The notes under the pieces: generated by a model | What the model saw: only the letters and a program-made list of their open reading frames with translations | The model's database searches: none | Told to the model about the DNA's origin: nothing | DNA from: Polyangiales bacterium | GTDB taxonomy: Bacteria > Myxococcota_A > Polyangia > Polyangiales > Polyangiaceae | NCBI GenBank assembly: GCA_038230375.1 | Contig: JBBRNJ010000034.1 | Coordinates: 22,174-86,173, forward strand | Direction of reading: 5' to 3' | DNA: 64,000 nt | Shown: in pieces, positions 39,127-48,960 of the stretch | Position numbering within the stretch: position 1 is the first letter of the stretch | Layout: every line of letters starts with the position of its first letter | Program-made: the position numbers and the translations under genes

Positions 39127-40430
39127 GCAGACGTAGACACGTCGCGACTGCGTTTGGTTCAGTCGCGGCTGTCGTCGGGCTCGCGGCGGTCGTCACCCTT
39201 GCTGCGACAGCGAGCGCATGCGGGTCGTCGGACGCGGATCCACACGCGCCGTATCCGGGGTTCGCGTTCGATCTCCCACGCGTGGTGGACAAGGAAGGCC
39301 CGAAGCTCGCGCACGCGGACATGGTGGTGTTCATCGACCCGAACGATCCGCGGAAGCCCGCGATCGACCAGGTCCTGCCGCTCCTTGGGCCGAGCAAGAC
39401 CTGGAGTGACGCGCTCGGGGAGTACGGCGTGGGCCCGCCGGGTGCGATCACGATGCTGCCGTTGCCGACCCTGCCGTCGTCGTTCGCGAGGGCCGACCTG
39501 GAAGCGGCAGTCGCGCAGTCCGTGCATGATCTCCGCTTCAAGAACGCTGCGGGCGTCGCCGATGGAGGTGCGGACGCCGGCTCCTCGGTGACCACGAAGC
39601 ACGCAGAGACGCTCTACATCGTGCTCCTGCCGCCCACCGCGACCGTCACGAACATGCCGTGCACCGAGATCCTTGGCTACCACACCAGCATCCTGGCCAC
39701 GCCCACCGACGAGGTCCCGCTGGCGGTCGTCGAGGGCATCTGCACGGCAGCGGAAGACACGCTCTCCGCCGCCGCCAAGACGCTCGAATATCTCTCGCAC
39801 GAGATCTTCGAGTCAGCGACGAATCCTTTTCCCGCCTCTGCGCCCGCGTGGTCCGCCGTCGACGACGGACACGCCGCGCGGAACGTGGGGCTGGGTGGCT
39901 TCTCGGAGATCGGCGATCTCTGCCTTGGACGGCCCGTTCCGCTCGACGGACTGCCGGTGCTCACGGTGGGCAACCACCAGGAGGTGCTCTCGCTCCAGGC
40001 CGCGTGGTCGAACCTCCGTGCTGCGGCAGGCAAGGACCCGTGTGGCGCGGAAGACGGTGTGCCGTTCTTCCTGCCCATGCCCGTGCTCACGGAGCAGGCG
40101 AAGTTGAACGCCGCCCTCACCGCGCCAGCCGTCACGATCGCAACGGGCGAGATGGCCATCGTCGACATTCGAGTCGCCAGCGATCGGCCCACCGGTGATC
40201 TCACCTTCTTTGCGTACGACGTTGCATCCAAGATCTACCACCACGCCGAGGAGCTCACGTTCACTGTCGACCGCACCACGGCGCGCAATGGCGACGTCCT
40301 TCATCTCAGCATCACGCGCGCGCGGGCGCCCAGGTTGCCGACGCTGCTTCACGGCTCTGCGTTCGCGGTCGGCCTGAACGACGGCACGGGGCTCTCGCAG
40401 ACCAGCTACGGGTTCGTCGCCGTCCCGTAG
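39123..40430 (+). CDS. Lipoprotein with Phi-1/EXORDIUM-like motifs
   Basis: GTGA overlap with the peptidase gene. Lipobox ASAC. GYH, SHEIFESATNP, EIGDLC. Confidence 0.65.
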   Translation: MSRRRHVATAFGSVAAVVGLAAVVTLAATASACGSSDADPHAPYPGFAFDLPRVVDKEGPKLAHADMVVFIDPNDPRKPAIDQVLPLLGPSKTWSDALGEYGVGPPGAITMLPLPTLPSSFARADLEAAVAQSVHDLRFKNAAGVADGGADAGSSVTTKHAETLYIVLLPPTATVTNMPCTEILGYHTSILATPTDEVPLAVVEGICTAAEDTLSAAAKTLEYLSHEIFESATNPFPASAPAWSAVDDGHAARNVGLGGFSEIGDLCLGRPVPLDGLPVLTVGNHQEVLSLQAAWSNLRAAAGKDPCGAEDGVPFFLPMPVLTEQAKLNAALTAPAVTIATGEMAIVDIRVASDRPTGDLTFFAYDVASKIYHHAEELTFTVDRTTARNGDVLHLSITRARAPRLPTLLHGSAFAVGLNDGTGLSQTSYGFVAVP

Positions 40431-40441
40431 CTCGTTGGCCT

Positions 40442-40882
40442 ATGCTCGAGCGCATGATCGCCCAGCTCAGCGCGTCACGCGCCCTCACCGCGCTCGCGTT
40501 CCTGGCCCTTGTCGGATGTCAGGGCGAGAAGGCGGGAGACCCGTGCGACAAGTTCTTCCAGAACACGTGCAAGTCGCCGCTCTCGTGCGTGGACATGGAC
40601 GACAACAAGGTCTGCGCCGGCAGCTGCGAGTGGAGCATCGAGACAATGCCCCCACACAACACCTGCAAGGATCCGACGATGGAGCCCGCTGAGGTGCAAT
40701 ACATGCAAGGTACAACCAATATCGGAGGCGCAGGTTGCTACTGCCTACCGAAGAAAGGCGGAGCCCCGAAGCCAAGCGCAGCTCCAGCCGCAAGCACCGG
40801 CCCAGCCCGAAGCACTGCACCAGCCCCGAGCGCTGCACCAGCCCCCAGCGCCCATCCGCCAGCCGCACCGAAGAAGAAGTAG
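40442..40882 (+). CDS. Small Cys-rich lipoprotein with Ala/Pro tail
   Basis: Lipobox LVGC and 8 further Cys residues. Confidence 0.75.
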   Translation: MLERMIAQLSASRALTALAFLALVGCQGEKAGDPCDKFFQNTCKSPLSCVDMDDNKVCAGSCEWSIETMPPHNTCKDPTMEPAEVQYMQGTTNIGGAGCYCLPKKGGAPKPSAAPAASTGPARSTAPAPSAAPAPSAHPPAAPKKK

Positions 40883-40885
40883 AAG

Positions 40886-40997
40886 GTCGAAGTCGAGGTC
40901 GAAGTCGAGGTCGAAGTCGAGGTCGAGGTCGAAGTCGAGGTCGTCGTCGAAGTCGTCGTCGAAGTCGTCGTCGAAGTCGTCGTCGAAGTCGTCGTCG
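40886..40997 (-). repeat. Intergenic hexamer tandem array (GTCGAR/GTCGTC on +; YTCGAC on -), about 19 units, filling the gap between convergent genes
   Basis: (gtcgaagtcgag)n followed by (gtcgaagtcgtc)n, lying between the TAG at 40880-40882 and the CTA at 40998-41000. Confidence 0.95.
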
Positions 40998-42413
40998 CTA
41001 CTGCTTGCAGCCCGCCGTCGCGCGTTCCTTCACGTACCCCGCAAACGACGTCGTCATCGAACACAGCAGCCGGTTGCCCATCAGCGCGCTTCCCTCCGGA
41101 CCAAAATGGATCCGGTCTCCGCCCATCAGGCCGCGCTTCGAGAACGGGATCGCGGAGGCGTCGCCGCCCATCGCTTCGCGGAAATCCCAGAAGGCCACGC
41201 CGGTCTCCTCTGCGACCTCGCGGAGCTGCTTGGTGAGCGCGATGATGCGCGGATCGCTCTTCTTCTCGTCACCGCGCACCGTGTCGCCTGGGGACATGAT
41301 CAGGATCGGCACGTCGGGCTTTGCTGCGCGCAGCTGCGCGATCCAGTCCTTTGCGAACTCGCGGTTCGGGGGGACCCACATCACGTTTGCGCCCAGCCAC
41401 ACGAAGACCGCGTCGTAGTCGCGCTTCTTCAGCTGCTCGCGGCGCGTGTCGTCGGCGACCCACTTGAAGCGCTCGTAGTTCATGGCGCCGGTGCCGAGCG
41501 AGTCGATCTGGATGCCGGGCTTCCCCTTCTCGCCCGGGGAATCCAGTGACACGCCGTACCAGCGCACCTTGCCGTCGCCTCGCGCCACGCAGCGGAGCTC
41601 GTGCTCGCCCGCCTCCACGTCGAAGCTGGCGGTCGTGACGCCCCAGGCATCCGCCTTGGTGGAGATTGTCTGCACGTCCTTCTTGTCGATCTGCACCGTG
41701 AACGAGCCGCCGCCGGGACGAAGCGCGTAGTGCAATTCGAAGTGCGAGACCTTCTTGCCGACGACGCCTTTCGGGTCCTTGGATGTGCCGGCCCAGACCT
41801 GCATGCCCATCTCGCCCGTCTCCGACGCGAGGTTCGCGAACCCGTAGTGCTTGTCATGACAGAGGTTCGTCGTCGGCGAGCAGTAGGTGAACGGCGCGCC
41901 CCACCAGCCGCCCATCGTCACGTCCTCGTGCCGATAGCTGAGCCACGGACGCGACAGCGCGACGTAGCCATGCCCCGCATCCCCGTAGCGCGCCTGGAGC
42001 ACGCGTCGCAGGTGGCCGGGCATGAAGTCGCTCGTGAGGTTCGAGTCACCATAGATGGCGATGCGAACGGGTTTGTCCGCGGTGCCGCGCTCGAGCGCCG
42101 CGAGCTTCTCGTAGAGGGCGTTGAGCGAGCCCTTCGGATCCTCGATCGCCGGCACGGGCGTCTTCACGATCTTGGTGTCGCACTCGGCGAACGGCGCGAT
42201 GGTCTGCGGGTCGAGCGGCGCGCATGCCGTCACGGACTCCGCGTCACTCCCCGCGTCCGTCGCGGCGACTGCGCCGTTCGCCGAGGCGTCCATCTTCGCC
42301 GCGAGCAACGACGGCGGCTCGGGAGCGCTCGTGTCCTTCTTCTGGCACGCGGGACACAGCCCGACGATGCAGACGGCGACGGAGAGGAGCGCACGGTGGA
42401 AGTGACTTCGCAC
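40998..42413 (-). CDS. SGNH/GDSL hydrolase-family lipoprotein
   Basis: Block I IYGDSN, block III LGAN, block V DRIH. Lipobox-like PAC. Confidence 0.8.
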   Translation of the reverse strand: MRSHFHRALLSVAVCIVGLCPACQKKDTSAPEPPSLLAAKMDASANGAVAATDAGSDAESVTACAPLDPQTIAPFAECDTKIVKTPVPAIEDPKGSLNALYEKLAALERGTADKPVRIAIYGDSNLTSDFMPGHLRRVLQARYGDAGHGYVALSRPWLSYRHEDVTMGGWWGAPFTYCSPTTNLCHDKHYGFANLASETGEMGMQVWAGTSKDPKGVVGKKVSHFELHYALRPGGGSFTVQIDKKDVQTISTKADAWGVTTASFDVEAGEHELRCVARGDGKVRWYGVSLDSPGEKGKPGIQIDSLGTGAMNYERFKWVADDTRREQLKKRDYDAVFVWLGANVMWVPPNREFAKDWIAQLRAAKPDVPILIMSPGDTVRGDEKKSDPRIIALTKQLREVAEETGVAFWDFREAMGGDASAIPFSKRGLMGGDRIHFGPEGSALMGNRLLCSMTTSFAGYVKERATAGCKQ

Positions 42414-42528
42414 GATCCTGGCAGTCTAGGACCACGCGGCTCCCAGGCCAAAATCCCTGTCGGCTCCCCCTGCCGCCCGACTCCTCTTTCGCTTGCCCGC
42501 TCTTCCTGGTTAGCTATCCGACCCCCCT

Positions 42529-43794
42529 GTGTCGAAGCCCACGATCTACGCCATCGATTTCGGAACGAGCAACTCGCTGCTCGCGGCCGCGGGGCCTTCC
42601 GGTGCGGAGGCGCCCATCCCGCTCGACATGAAGGCGCGCGAGCAGTCCATCCTGCGGAGCATCCAGTTCCTGTCCGACGACGGCGGCTGGTCGTTCGGCG
42701 CAGAGGCGCTCGAGAGCTTCATCGTTGGAGCCACGCGCGGGCGCTTCTTCCGCTCCATGAAGCGCTTCCTTCCGATGGAGAGCTTCAAGGAGACGCGGCT
42801 GGGTAATCAGGTCGTGAAGCTGGAGGCGCTCATCGGCGTGTTCCTGCGGACCATGCGCGAGCGTGCGAACCGCCACTACGACACGGACGTTCGTCGCGTG
42901 CTGCTCGGCCGGCCCGCGCGCTTCTCCGAGGACCCCGCAGCCGACGCGCTGGCGCAGGATCGCCTCGAAGGTGCCGCGCGGTTCGCCGGCTTTGACGACG
43001 TGCACTTCTGTCCTGAGCCCGTGGCCGCCGCGCACGACTTCAAGAACAAGATCGCCCACGACGCGACCATCCTGGTCTGCGATCTCGGCGGTGGTACTTC
43101 CGACTTCACCGTCGCGCGCCTGTCAGGAGGCGAGCTCCGGGAGGTGCTCGCGGTGGGCGGCGTTCCCGTCGCCGGCGACGCGCTCGACGGCAGCTTGATG
43201 CGCAAGAAGATCGCAGCGCACTTCGGGTCGGACGTCACGTACATGGTTCCGTTCGGCTCGAACGTGCTCAGCATGCCGTTGCCCTTGATGGAGCGCCTCT
43301 GCTCGCCAGCGGAGCTGTGCCTCCTGGAGCGGAAGGACATCATGCGCTTCCTCCGCGACATCAAGAGCGGCTCCGTGGGCGCGGACGACAAGGACCGCAT
43401 GGACCAGCTGCTCACGTTGATCGAGGATTCCCTGGGTTTTCAGGTCTTCGAGGCGATCGAGGACACGAAGCGCGCGCTCTCTTCCGAAGACAAGACCACG
43501 TTCCGCTTCGAGTACCCAGGCATCGACGTCACGGAGACGATCACGCGCGCGCAGTTCGAGTCGTTCGCCGAGCCGACCACGAAGCGCATCCTGGAGAACC
43601 TGGAGAGCACGCTCGTGGCCGCCGGCGTCACGCCGAAGGACATCGACATCGTGTGCGCGACGGGCGGCACCACGCGCGTGCCCGTGATCGAACGTGAGCT
43701 CCAGGCCCGGTTCGGAAAGGACAAGCTCCATCGCCTGTCGTCGTTCCACTCCGTCATCCAGGGCCTTGCGGAGCGCGCGGTCGCGCTTGCTTGA
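42529..43794 (+). CDS. yegD: YegD-like Hsp70-family protein (nucleotide-binding domain only)
   Basis: AIDFGTSNS, RFFRSMKRFL, GRPARF, EPVAAA, DLGGGTSDF, TGGT. 421 aa with no substrate-binding domain. Confidence 0.82.
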   Translation: MSKPTIYAIDFGTSNSLLAAAGPSGAEAPIPLDMKAREQSILRSIQFLSDDGGWSFGAEALESFIVGATRGRFFRSMKRFLPMESFKETRLGNQVVKLEALIGVFLRTMRERANRHYDTDVRRVLLGRPARFSEDPAADALAQDRLEGAARFAGFDDVHFCPEPVAAAHDFKNKIAHDATILVCDLGGGTSDFTVARLSGGELREVLAVGGVPVAGDALDGSLMRKKIAAHFGSDVTYMVPFGSNVLSMPLPLMERLCSPAELCLLERKDIMRFLRDIKSGSVGADDKDRMDQLLTLIEDSLGFQVFEAIEDTKRALSSEDKTTFRFEYPGIDVTETITRAQFESFAEPTTKRILENLESTLVAAGVTPKDIDIVCATGGTTRVPVIERELQARFGKDKLHRLSSFHSVIQGLAERAVALA

Positions 43795-43803
43795 GGACGT
43801 CCC

Positions 43804-44304
43804 GTGCGTCGAATCTTCCTCGTCCTCGCGATTGTGCTCTGGGCCATGGCGGGCGCCACGTGCGGTGGGACCACGTTCTTCGCGCTCGCCACCTTCGAGC
43901 CGCCGCATCCGGACATGACCGTCCCGATCGACCCGGTCCCTGCGCACGCCATCAACGAGAACATCGGTCCGCTCCAGCGCGGCGGCTACTACCTCTGGGT
44001 CTATCCCGAGGACGACGAGTGCACGCTGGAGGTCACGCGCTCCGAAGGCGGCAAGAGCCTTGGCCGCACCGACGGGCGCAAGTGCACGCTGTCACTCACC
44101 GCTGCGCAGGGCGACGTGTGGAAAGTACACGCAACGTCCAAGGCACCGGGCAGCGCGGTGACGTACGTGGGCCACGACGATGGCCTTTTCCGTGCGCCGT
44201 TCTCCTACGGCGCGATGGGCGCCGGCGGGCTCTTCGGGGTCGGCGCTCTGTTCGCGATCCTTGCGATGGTCACACGGAGGCGCGACGACGTCGCACGATC
44301 GTGA
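43804..44304 (+). CDS. Hypothetical membrane protein
   Basis: N- and C-terminal hydrophobic helices, GAGGA RBS, follows the yegD-like gene. Confidence 0.65.
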   Translation: MRRIFLVLAIVLWAMAGATCGGTTFFALATFEPPHPDMTVPIDPVPAHAINENIGPLQRGGYYLWVYPEDDECTLEVTRSEGGKSLGRTDGRKCTLSLTAAQGDVWKVHATSKAPGSAVTYVGHDDGLFRAPFSYGAMGAGGLFGVGALFAILAMVTRRRDDVARS

Positions 44305-45172
44305 GCGCGATGGCCGCGAGGCCGAATGCTGCGAGCCCTTCGGACGGAGACGAGTTGCCGCTGGTGGAGCAGCCGCCCGTGTTGGGTGCGCTGTTGAGCC
44401 CGAGACCAGGTGACTGCGTCTGACCCTGATTGCCGGTGCCGCTGCCCGTGCCGGAGCCGGTGCCGCCGCCCGTGCCGCTTCCAGAGCCGCCGCCGTTTCC
44501 GGAGCCACCGCCAGAGCCACCGCCGTTGCCGGAGCCGCCACCGGAGCCGCCGCCAGTGGACGTCGTTCCGCAGAGCTCCATGACCATCTTGGCGATGCTG
44601 GCGCCGCCGCCTTGCTGCAGATCACACAGCTTGAGCGCGGGCTCGACGCTCGTGTCGCACGCAGTCTGCGAGGCGTTGAGGTAGCTGGAGCAGGTGCCGG
44701 CCTCGGCGGCCTGCTGGCACGTGTCGTAGGTCGCCTGGTCGGTGCACGCCGCACACGAGAGGTTGTTGCACTCGTCGACCTGATACGAGGTCGCCGCGCA
44801 GTCGTTCTTGCCCTGCGCCGCCGCGACGCACGCGCCCGGGTTGAAGATGCCCTTCTTGTTCGCCTTGTCCACCCAGACCATGAGCTGCCAGCTGGCAGAG
44901 GAGCTGGCGTTCTCGGTGAAGATGCACGCGTTGCATGCGCCGGAGACGGAGGCCTCGATCGTGTCGGGTGTCGCCTGCGGATCGTTGAAGGCTGTGTCGA
45001 ACGCCGTTGCATCCGTCTGCGTGCATGCCTTCGCCTTGACCGGCGGCTTCCAGGAGAGGATGGCGCTCGAGCTCACGGCCTTCGACGTGCACGCGGCCGC
45101 ATGGGCTGCTTGCGAGGCGAACGTGATGGCGACGAGGGATGCGACGGGGAAGAGGATCTTGGCGAACGTCAT
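44270..45172 (-). CDS. Cys-rich secreted protein with MYXO-CTERM-like sorting tail
   Basis: Signal ending AHA, Gly-rich linker, tail GGCSTS...LAAFGLAAIALTIVRRRR. Confidence 0.8.
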   Translation of the reverse strand: MTFAKILFPVASLVAITFASQAAHAAACTSKAVSSSAILSWKPPVKAKACTQTDATAFDTAFNDPQATPDTIEASVSGACNACIFTENASSSASWQLMVWVDKANKKGIFNPGACVAAAQGKNDCAATSYQVDECNNLSCAACTDQATYDTCQQAAEAGTCSSYLNASQTACDTSVEPALKLCDLQQGGGASIAKMVMELCGTTSTGGGSGGGSGNGGGSGGGSGNGGGSGSGTGGGTGSGTGSGTGNQGQTQSPGLGLNSAPNTGGCSTSGNSSPSEGLAAFGLAAIALTIVRRRRASV

Positions 45173-45230
45173 CAGAAAAGCCTCCGTGCGGGACTGCGGG
45201 GTTCTTCCCTGACGTCGCAACTTGCGGACC

Positions 45231-45246
45231 AGCGTCGGCGGTGCCA
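45231..45246 (-). promoter_or_regulatory. Possible sigma-54 promoter
   Basis: TGGCACCGCCGACGCT (GG-N10-GC) about 60 nt upstream of the 45172 start. The -12 element is imperfect. Confidence 0.3.
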
Positions 45247-45420
45247 TTTGCGGATACTTGCCCACAAAGGAGCATCTTCTGCGCACACGGAAAAATCGGC
45301 CGAATATGGGGCTTGTTCTCGCTCCGTCGCCACACATCCCACGGCGATCCTGGTGCCCGCTCTATCTATGTTTCGTGAGGGCGACACCAACGCGCCCCGA
45401 ATCGTGATTGTCTTCGCGGC

Positions 45421-45792
45421 ATGCCGAAACGCCCCCTTCACGCACCCGACAAATCGTCCAGCGCCGTCCTCGACCACCAGGAGAAGTTCCACGCCGACGT
45501 GATCGCCGCCGTCGACAAGGCCGTCAGCAGCGACGACGTCGTGGTGGTGGGCATGACGCAGAACCCGCATCCGAAGAGGGCCAAGAAGGCGCTCGACGAA
45601 GCCGGTGTAAAGTACACGTATCTCGAGTACGGCAGCTACACGTCAGGGTGGAAGCCGCGCCTCGCGATCAAGATGTGGAGCGGCTGGCCGACGTTCCCGC
45701 AGGTCTTCGTGAAGGGCGAACTCATCGGCGGTGCAGACGAGACGATCGCCGCCCTTGCCGATGGCTCACTGAAGAAGCAACTCGACGCCTGA
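45421..45792 (+). CDS. Glutaredoxin-like protein lacking cysteine
   Basis: WPTFPQVFVKGELIGG is a monothiol-glutaredoxin signature. The active-site region reads QNPHP. Confidence 0.85.
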   Translation: MPKRPLHAPDKSSSAVLDHQEKFHADVIAAVDKAVSSDDVVVVGMTQNPHPKRAKKALDEAGVKYTYLEYGSYTSGWKPRLAIKMWSGWPTFPQVFVKGELIGGADETIAALADGSLKKQLDA

Positions 45793-45825
45793 GCGGGCGC
45801 CGTCTTCACGTTCACCCCGCTGTGA

Positions 45826-46860
45826 TCACTTCACGTCCCAGACCTGAATCTCGTCGGCCTGGAAGAGCGGGATCATGACGCGGCTTCGCTTGCTGTCCCA
45901 GCCCATGTCGGCGGGCGACTTCACGTCGGTGACGATCGCCGTGAATGGGCCCGTGGGCTTGCCGCGATAGACCGTCTGCGACTCCCAGCTGGACACGAGC
46001 ACGTCGCCGCCGGGCAGGAGCACGAGGCCGTCGAGCGAGGCCTTCGGTAGCGTCGCTACGTCCTTCTTCTCCCCCTTCGGGCCGAGCCAGTAGAGCTCCG
46101 GTGCGCCGAACGTGTTCACCCAGACCTTGCCGTCGGGCGCAACGATGATGCCGTTGGGGCGGTTCAGGTCCTTGCCCTTCGCGACGTTCGTCAGCTTCTT
46201 CTTCGCGTCGATCGACCACACGCCGTCGGTGCCGGTGGGCTCGAAGCCCTCCTTGCCAGCCTTGAGGCCGCTGTCGGTGACGTAGACCGTGCCCTTGCTG
46301 TCGACCGCGACGTCATTGAGGAACGTCGAGCCGGGGATCTTCACCTCGCCCTTGGGCGCGCCCGTCTTCTTGTCGAACATGCGCACCGTGTTGATGTCCG
46401 AGACGACGATCATGTCGGCGACGAACGCGAGGCCCTTCGGCGCGTTGAGCGTGACCTTGTTCTTGCCGCCCTCGATGAACTTGAGGTTCTTCACCGTGCC
46501 GTCCGGTGAGAGCTGCGAGATGAAGCCGTTGTTGTCGACAGCGAGCGGCGCGCCGTTGATGTTCGACACGTAGTAGACATCGTCCGTGGCGTCGTAGAGG
46601 ACGGACTCCGGCGTCATCAGGCCAACGCCCTTGAAGACGACTGCCGGCGTGGGCTTCGCCGCGGGCGGGTCTTGCTTCGCGGTCGCGCCAGCATCAGCGG
46701 AGTCCGTGTTGGTGGTCGTGGTCGGGCCGGCGCCCGCATCACCCAGGTCGATGGTCGTCTTGACCTGCGTGGTCTCTGGGTTCTTCGGGGCGGGCGGATC
46801 GCCGCACGCGACGAGGCCAAGCACCACTGCGCAAGAGCTGACGACGAGGATCGATTTCAT
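45826..46860 (-). CDS. SMP-30/gluconolactonase-like beta-propeller lipoprotein
   Basis: Lipobox LVAC. TPESVLYD, LNAPKGL, FLNDV, PNGI, LDGL, PADMG. Confidence 0.82.
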   Translation of the reverse strand: MKSILVVSSCAVVLGLVACGDPPAPKNPETTQVKTTIDLGDAGAGPTTTTNTDSADAGATAKQDPPAAKPTPAVVFKGVGLMTPESVLYDATDDVYYVSNINGAPLAVDNNGFISQLSPDGTVKNLKFIEGGKNKVTLNAPKGLAFVADMIVVSDINTVRMFDKKTGAPKGEVKIPGSTFLNDVAVDSKGTVYVTDSGLKAGKEGFEPTGTDGVWSIDAKKKLTNVAKGKDLNRPNGIIVAPDGKVWVNTFGAPELYWLGPKGEKKDVATLPKASLDGLVLLPGGDVLVSSWESQTVYRGKPTGPFTAIVTDVKSPADMGWDSKRSRVMIPLFQADEIQVWDVK

Positions 46861-46909
46861 ACGCGCGAATTTGCACTCCACGCCCACAAAGGCAAGTGCG
46901 AAAGGCTCG

Positions 46910-47251
46910 TCACGCAACCGCGACGGCGACGTCAGCGATGGCCTGGAACAGCTTGGCTTCCGGGCTGGCGTTGGTCGGTGCGGTCTGCGTTCGGTTGCCC
47001 TGGAACAGCTGCGTGAGGCAGGCTCGCGCGACGCCCTTCACTTGCTGGAAGCCCTGCGCCGAGAAGAGCTCGTCGTGGATGATGCCGAAGAGCACCAGAA
47101 GATCTCCGAAGCCCACCTGGCAGATCGAGTCGCTCGGCTCGGTGTAGCAACTCACGTGCGATGCGAAGCCTGCGCCGCGTCCGCCTGTGAGCAGTAGGTC
47201 GCGGCAAGCGCGTGTGCCCGGACGGTCAGCGCCGCTGCCGACGTAGGGCAC
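46910..47251 (-). CDS. Hypothetical protein, possibly 5'-truncated remnant
   Basis: High-GC3 coding-like frame with no convincing start or RBS and an in-frame stop shortly upstream. Confidence 0.35.
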   Translation of the reverse strand: MPYVGSGADRPGTRACRDLLLTGGRGAGFASHVSCYTEPSDSICQVGFGDLLVLFGIIHDELFSAQGFQQVKGVARACLTQLFQGNRTQTAPTNASPEAKLFQAIADVAVAVA

Positions 47252-47763
47252 CAGGATGAGCGGGTGCCCAGCCCGATCGCAACCCTCGTCACACTGTCGC
47301 CGTTCATGTGCGACGGCTCATTACATTGCCGGCTCTCCCACGCCAGCACAAACGTCGGTGACGCATCCGCGAAGCTCACCTGTAAAAACGCAGGAAAGTT
47401 GACCACATAGACGCCCTGACGTGGTGCGCAACACCCGCTCCACATGAAATGATTCAGAAATGTGTCTGGTGGATCTGCGGACCACCACGAGACGCGTCTG
47501 AGACCAATTTATTTTGCAGTGTCGCGGGCTTGCGACACGGCGGCGCAAACGGAGCAATTCTGGGAGATTACGGTTTGGTTACCCCGAATGCAGACACATG
47601 GATGGCCATGTGGGGTGTTCAGAGACGCTTGCGCGACAAGTGTGTGCGAGGTACAGCCCCGTTCTCGTTCGAGCGACGGTGTCGGTCGATGTAGTTCCTC
47701 CGCGGATCGCACCCCCAGCTACGGCTGGGAAGCTCGAACAAAAGCCAATCAAGGAGAGTCGGT

Positions 47764-48921
47764 ATGCGCAACTTCACGTCCAGTCTCGTCACGCTCGGTT
47801 TCGCCGGAATGATCGCCGGCGGCGTGGCCGTTGGCTGCAGCGCCGATGGGTCGACGGATATCCCGGGTGACAGCACCGGAACGGACACGAACGGCACCGA
47901 CCCCGGTGACTCCGGCACCCCCGCCACGAACCCCACCGGCAACGGCGGCGGCAATGGCAACCAGGGTGGCGGCGGTGGCACCACGGGCAAGGACTCCGGC
48001 ACCTCCGTCGGCAACAAGGACGCGGGTTCAAGCGGCGGCGGCAAGGACGCGGGTCCGCCCGCTCCGAGCCCCGGCGACAAGTGCTCGTCGCTCAACTCGG
48101 TCTACACGCGTAGCTGCGGCTTCTGCGGAACGCAGCAGGCCGTCTGTCTTGCTGTCGATGCCGGCGCCATGGGCACCGTCAGCGACTACTCCGCCTGCAC
48201 CGGCGAGGTCGCGGGTGGCTGCGCGCCGGGCTCCGTGATGACGGAGGCCTGCGGCCTCTGCGGCACCCACCAGAAGATCTGCCAGAACAGCTGCCAGTGG
48301 CAGGCCGGCAGCTGCACCGGCGAGCCCGCGGGCGCGTGTAGCCCGGGCGTGGTCAACAACAGCGGCGCAGGCTGCTCGGCTGGCACCTACCGTCAGCAGA
48401 CCTGCGGCAACGACTGCAAGCAGGGCAACTTCACCGCGAGCTGCGGCCCGTTCATGAACCCCGTTATCCTCCAGGTCGGCGCAGTGGGCGCAGTCGTCAC
48501 GCACGAGCAGAACATGCAGAGCGTCGTCGGCTCCTCGTTCAAGATCGGCCTGGGCACCTGCCCGACGTCGTCGGTCACGGCGGACAACCCCTCGGACTAC
48601 GTCGAGATCGACAACAACACCGGCAAGACGGCGAAGGTCTCTCTCTACCAGTCCGTCGCGGCTGGTGGTGACGACACGCTCGACACCATCCTCTTCTATT
48701 ACACCGGCTCAACCCCCCCGGGGACGGACGCAGCGAAGAAGGCGTGCACGGGCAAGGTGGCAGACAGCTGCTCCTCGCTGTGCGGCGGCGCCAGCGGCTA
48801 CGGCTCCATGACGGGCGTGAGCATCCCGTCCGGCGGCAAGGTCCTGGTGTACAGCGCTGGCTACAGCACCAGCGACTCCGGAAAGATCATGATCAACGTG
48901 CTGACCGAGTCGCTCAACTGA
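47764..48921 (+). CDS. Cys-rich repeat lipoprotein with Gly-rich linker
   Basis: AAGGAG RBS, lipobox AVGC, repeated C.PG.....CG.CG.....C modules. Confidence 0.85.
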   Translation: MRNFTSSLVTLGFAGMIAGGVAVGCSADGSTDIPGDSTGTDTNGTDPGDSGTPATNPTGNGGGNGNQGGGGGTTGKDSGTSVGNKDAGSSGGGKDAGPPAPSPGDKCSSLNSVYTRSCGFCGTQQAVCLAVDAGAMGTVSDYSACTGEVAGGCAPGSVMTEACGLCGTHQKICQNSCQWQAGSCTGEPAGACSPGVVNNSGAGCSAGTYRQQTCGNDCKQGNFTASCGPFMNPVILQVGAVGAVVTHEQNMQSVVGSSFKIGLGTCPTSSVTADNPSDYVEIDNNTGKTAKVSLYQSVAAGGDDTLDTILFYYTGSTPPGTDAAKKACTGKVADSCSSLCGGASGYGSMTGVSIPSGGKVLVYSAGYSTSDSGKIMINVLTESLN

Positions 48922-48960
48922 GCTGATGTGAGCGGCGACCAAGCCGCGTCGAGTGAAGCG

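Noticed and set aside
40738..41064. 108-aa Thr/Ser-rich ORF and similar ORFs reading through the arrays (e.g. 336-743, 347-883, 25920-26321)
   Set aside because: They are open only because the repeat lacks stop codons, and they overlap better-supported genes.
44270..44304. 35-nt convergent 3' overlap of two genes as a regulatory feature
   Set aside because: Short tail overlaps are common in high-GC genomes, and nothing else supports a function.
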